Source of the DNA: a virus | IMG/VR virus record: IMGVR_UViG_3300036823_000120 | Location: 1 to 64,000 of that record | Direction: 5' to 3' (one strand) | DNA: 64,000 nt | Part shown: piece by piece, positions 62,141-64,000 of the stretch | Numbering within the stretch: position 1 is the stretch's first letter | Layout: each line of letters starts with the position of its first letter | The notes under the pieces: model-generated | The model's database searches: none | Told to the model about the DNA's origin: nothing | Seen by the model: only the letters and a program-made list of their open reading frames with translations | Translations under genes and position numbers: made by a program

Positions 62141-62808
62141 TGAGCGAAGAAGAATTCAGAAAACCTAGTAAAATAACTTCTGCAAATAAAACTTTTTGGG
62201 GAATGAACCATCTTAATGGCAACTTGCTTTGTGCAGTTGATGTTGAAACAACTGGTACTGACCCCAATATTCATGGAATTGTTGAAATTGCCATATTGCC
62301 TTTGAATGGTAATCTTGAACCACATGAACATTTTCCTCTCTTTCACATGCGAATGAAGCCTGAAGAAGGAGAAGAAATTGATGAAGAAGCTTTTAAAATC
62401 AATCAAACTGATTTAGCAGATTTAATTCTTACAGGATTTCCAAGAGAGACTGTAGCTGATTTTTTAATGAATTGGTTTGAAACTCTTGGACTTATTAAAT
62501 ACAAGAAAATTATGGCTCTTGGTTGTAATTGGCCATTCGATAGAGCTATGCTTGAAAGATGGGTTGGAAAAGAAAGCTTTGAGCATGTTTTTGATGTACG
62601 ATATAGAGATGTGCAAGTAGCAGCTAATTTTCTAAATGATTGTGCCGATGTAAGATGTGAACAAGTACCATTTTCAAAGGTTAATTTAAAGTATCTTTGT
62701 AGTACACTTAAAGTTGAAAATCCACGGGCACATAGTGCGATTGGCGATTGTCTCGCAACCGCACAGATATATAGAAAATTGCTTAATATGCGGCCAGGAT
62801 TACTGTGA
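62140..62808 (+). CDS. DEDDh exonuclease
   Basis: VDVETTG; NWPFD; HSAIGD. Confidence 0.88.
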   Translation: MSEEEFRKPSKITSANKTFWGMNHLNGNLLCAVDVETTGTDPNIHGIVEIAILPLNGNLEPHEHFPLFHMRMKPEEGEEIDEEAFKINQTDLADLILTGFPRETVADFLMNWFETLGLIKYKKIMALGCNWPFDRAMLERWVGKESFEHVFDVRYRDVQVAANFLNDCADVRCEQVPFSKVNLKYLCSTLKVENPRAHSAIGDCLATAQIYRKLLNMRPGLL

Positions 62809-63336
62809 TGCATAGAAAGAATTGATTAGATCAGTAAAATCAGAGGCAGTGACTTCACTTGAAATCCTGCCTCTCCAGTTCCAACCATAGTTTTGCATTG
62901 TACTACAATCAGTTTCCATATTATTAAAAACAGTGTTCAAAAGTATTTGAAATTTTGAGCCACCATCTGGGTCAGCATCGGCAGCTTTTTGTCCAAGTAA
63001 AGCATCTCCAAAGAAATTCAACTCAAACTTCGACCATTGCCAAAACAAATCCCTTAAAGTTTGCATTGAATCAGCATATCCAGGAGGAGGCCAACTGATT
63101 GATTGATGGCCCTGATCACCAGTAACTCCATAGGCTTTACTGACAATAAAAATAATACAAACTTTAGGTCCAAAGAATTGTGCATGGAATGGTGTAATGC
63201 CAGCTAAAGGATTTGTTAATGTTTGTGGAATAAAGCAATAATATTGACTTGGTCTATTACTATTTCTTTCATGATAATAATTTTCAAGTCCTACTGCAAC
63301 TTGACTCCACATTTGAGATGTTGAAACTATTGCCAT
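62800..63336 (-). CDS. Hypothetical protein
   Basis: 178-aa ORF with GAGGA RBS, converging on the replication operon. Confidence 0.6.
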   Translation of the reverse strand: MAIVSTSQMWSQVAVGLENYYHERNSNRPSQYYCFIPQTLTNPLAGITPFHAQFFGPKVCIIFIVSKAYGVTGDQGHQSISWPPPGYADSMQTLRDLFWQWSKFELNFFGDALLGQKAADADPDGGSKFQILLNTVFNNMETDCSTMQNYGWNWRGRISSEVTASDFTDLINSFYASQ

Positions 63337-63343
63337 TTTATCC

Positions 63344-63949
63344 TCAACATTGATTCACATCATCACAAACCCAATATACTCCTTGTGTATTTGGATTTGG
63401 TGCATGTCCTGGACTTCCTCCACAAATCATACTTGTATCATAAAAGCCTGATGCTGCATTAATTGAAAGTTGAGTATAGTTACATTCCGGAGAGCAATCA
63501 CAACTATTTGGACTACCACCTTTAGTACCACAAAAGACAGAAACATGTGATTGACCACTTCCAGATATACAAGTCCAATTAACATAAAAATAAGCGCAAT
63601 CCAAAAAGCCACCCATAGGCTGTGAATCAAGCATCTCACATCTTAAAGATGGTCTTGGGCCCGGCGGTGGAGGTGGCGGAGGTACACCACCACCCCAATC
63701 TGTTGTGTTAATTACTGCATCATCAAAATAAAAACGTACCATCTTTGGAATTGACATCAAAGGATAATTACTCCACTCTGTTACAGGTGGAGCAGAATAC
63801 GTTTGAGTTGTATCAGCATTAGGAGACCAGTAAATCGGGATCTTCCCGTTTGCGAAGTTGTGGTAACACACCAACAAATCCGGTGGGGAGGACGAGGGAG
63901 ATTTGGGTTGTCCGAGATTGTGGTTCGTCGGGAGCATCACAATTCTCAC
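63344..63949 (-). CDS. Cys/Pro-rich hypothetical protein (start uncertain)
   Basis: Poly-Pro linker and Cys-rich C-terminal half. Confidence 0.5.
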   Translation of the reverse strand: MRIVMLPTNHNLGQPKSPSSSPPDLLVCYHNFANGKIPIYWSPNADTTQTYSAPPVTEWSNYPLMSIPKMVRFYFDDAVINTTDWGGGVPPPPPPPGPRPSLRCEMLDSQPMGGFLDCAYFYVNWTCISGSGQSHVSVFCGTKGGSPNSCDCSPECNYTQLSINAASGFYDTSMICGGSPGHAPNPNTQGVYWVCDDVNQC

Positions 63950-64000
63950 AATCTTTTATACTTGTTGTCCGGTAAAACTTTAAGCACCACCAAAGAAAGC

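Overview
64-kb segment of a large dsDNA bacteriophage genome. The bulk is AT-rich with dense small ORFs and no structural module except possibly the last 1.2 kb. Three TIGR02996-like proteins and planctomycete-style secreted proteins suggest a Planctomycetota (Gemmata-like) host; this is inference. Layout: (i) 1-1.9 kb: promoter/hairpin/RBS cassettes each driving one small minus-strand gene; (ii) 1.9-3.7 kb: GC-rich, highly structured non-coding region with strong sigma70-type promoters and two rrn boxA-like motifs; (iii) 3.7-6.3 kb: plus-strand operon headed by a ParB-like gene; (iv) 7-56 kb: minus-strand accessory, nucleotide-metabolism and replication genes (dUTPase, Nudix, ThyX, ATP-dependent ligase, exonucleases, class II RNR split by three group I introns with a 10-nt micro-exon, PolA, intein-containing SNF2-like helicase, canonical and remodelled tRNAs); (v) 56.1-56.8 kb: origin-like inverted-repeat/tandem-repeat region, then primase-helicase, dNMP kinase, Dam-like MTase, HD nucleotidase and an exonuclease on the plus strand. 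Most notable: seven ParB-related loci with no ParA in the window, clustered ATAAGC/GCTTAT repeats upstream of two of them, roughly 10-fold enrichment of AAGCTT in the genes I counted, three related IR-GC core-IR elements at strand-switch points, and a set of aberrant tRNA-like RNAs. All protein calls are from motif recognition by eye, not database searches.
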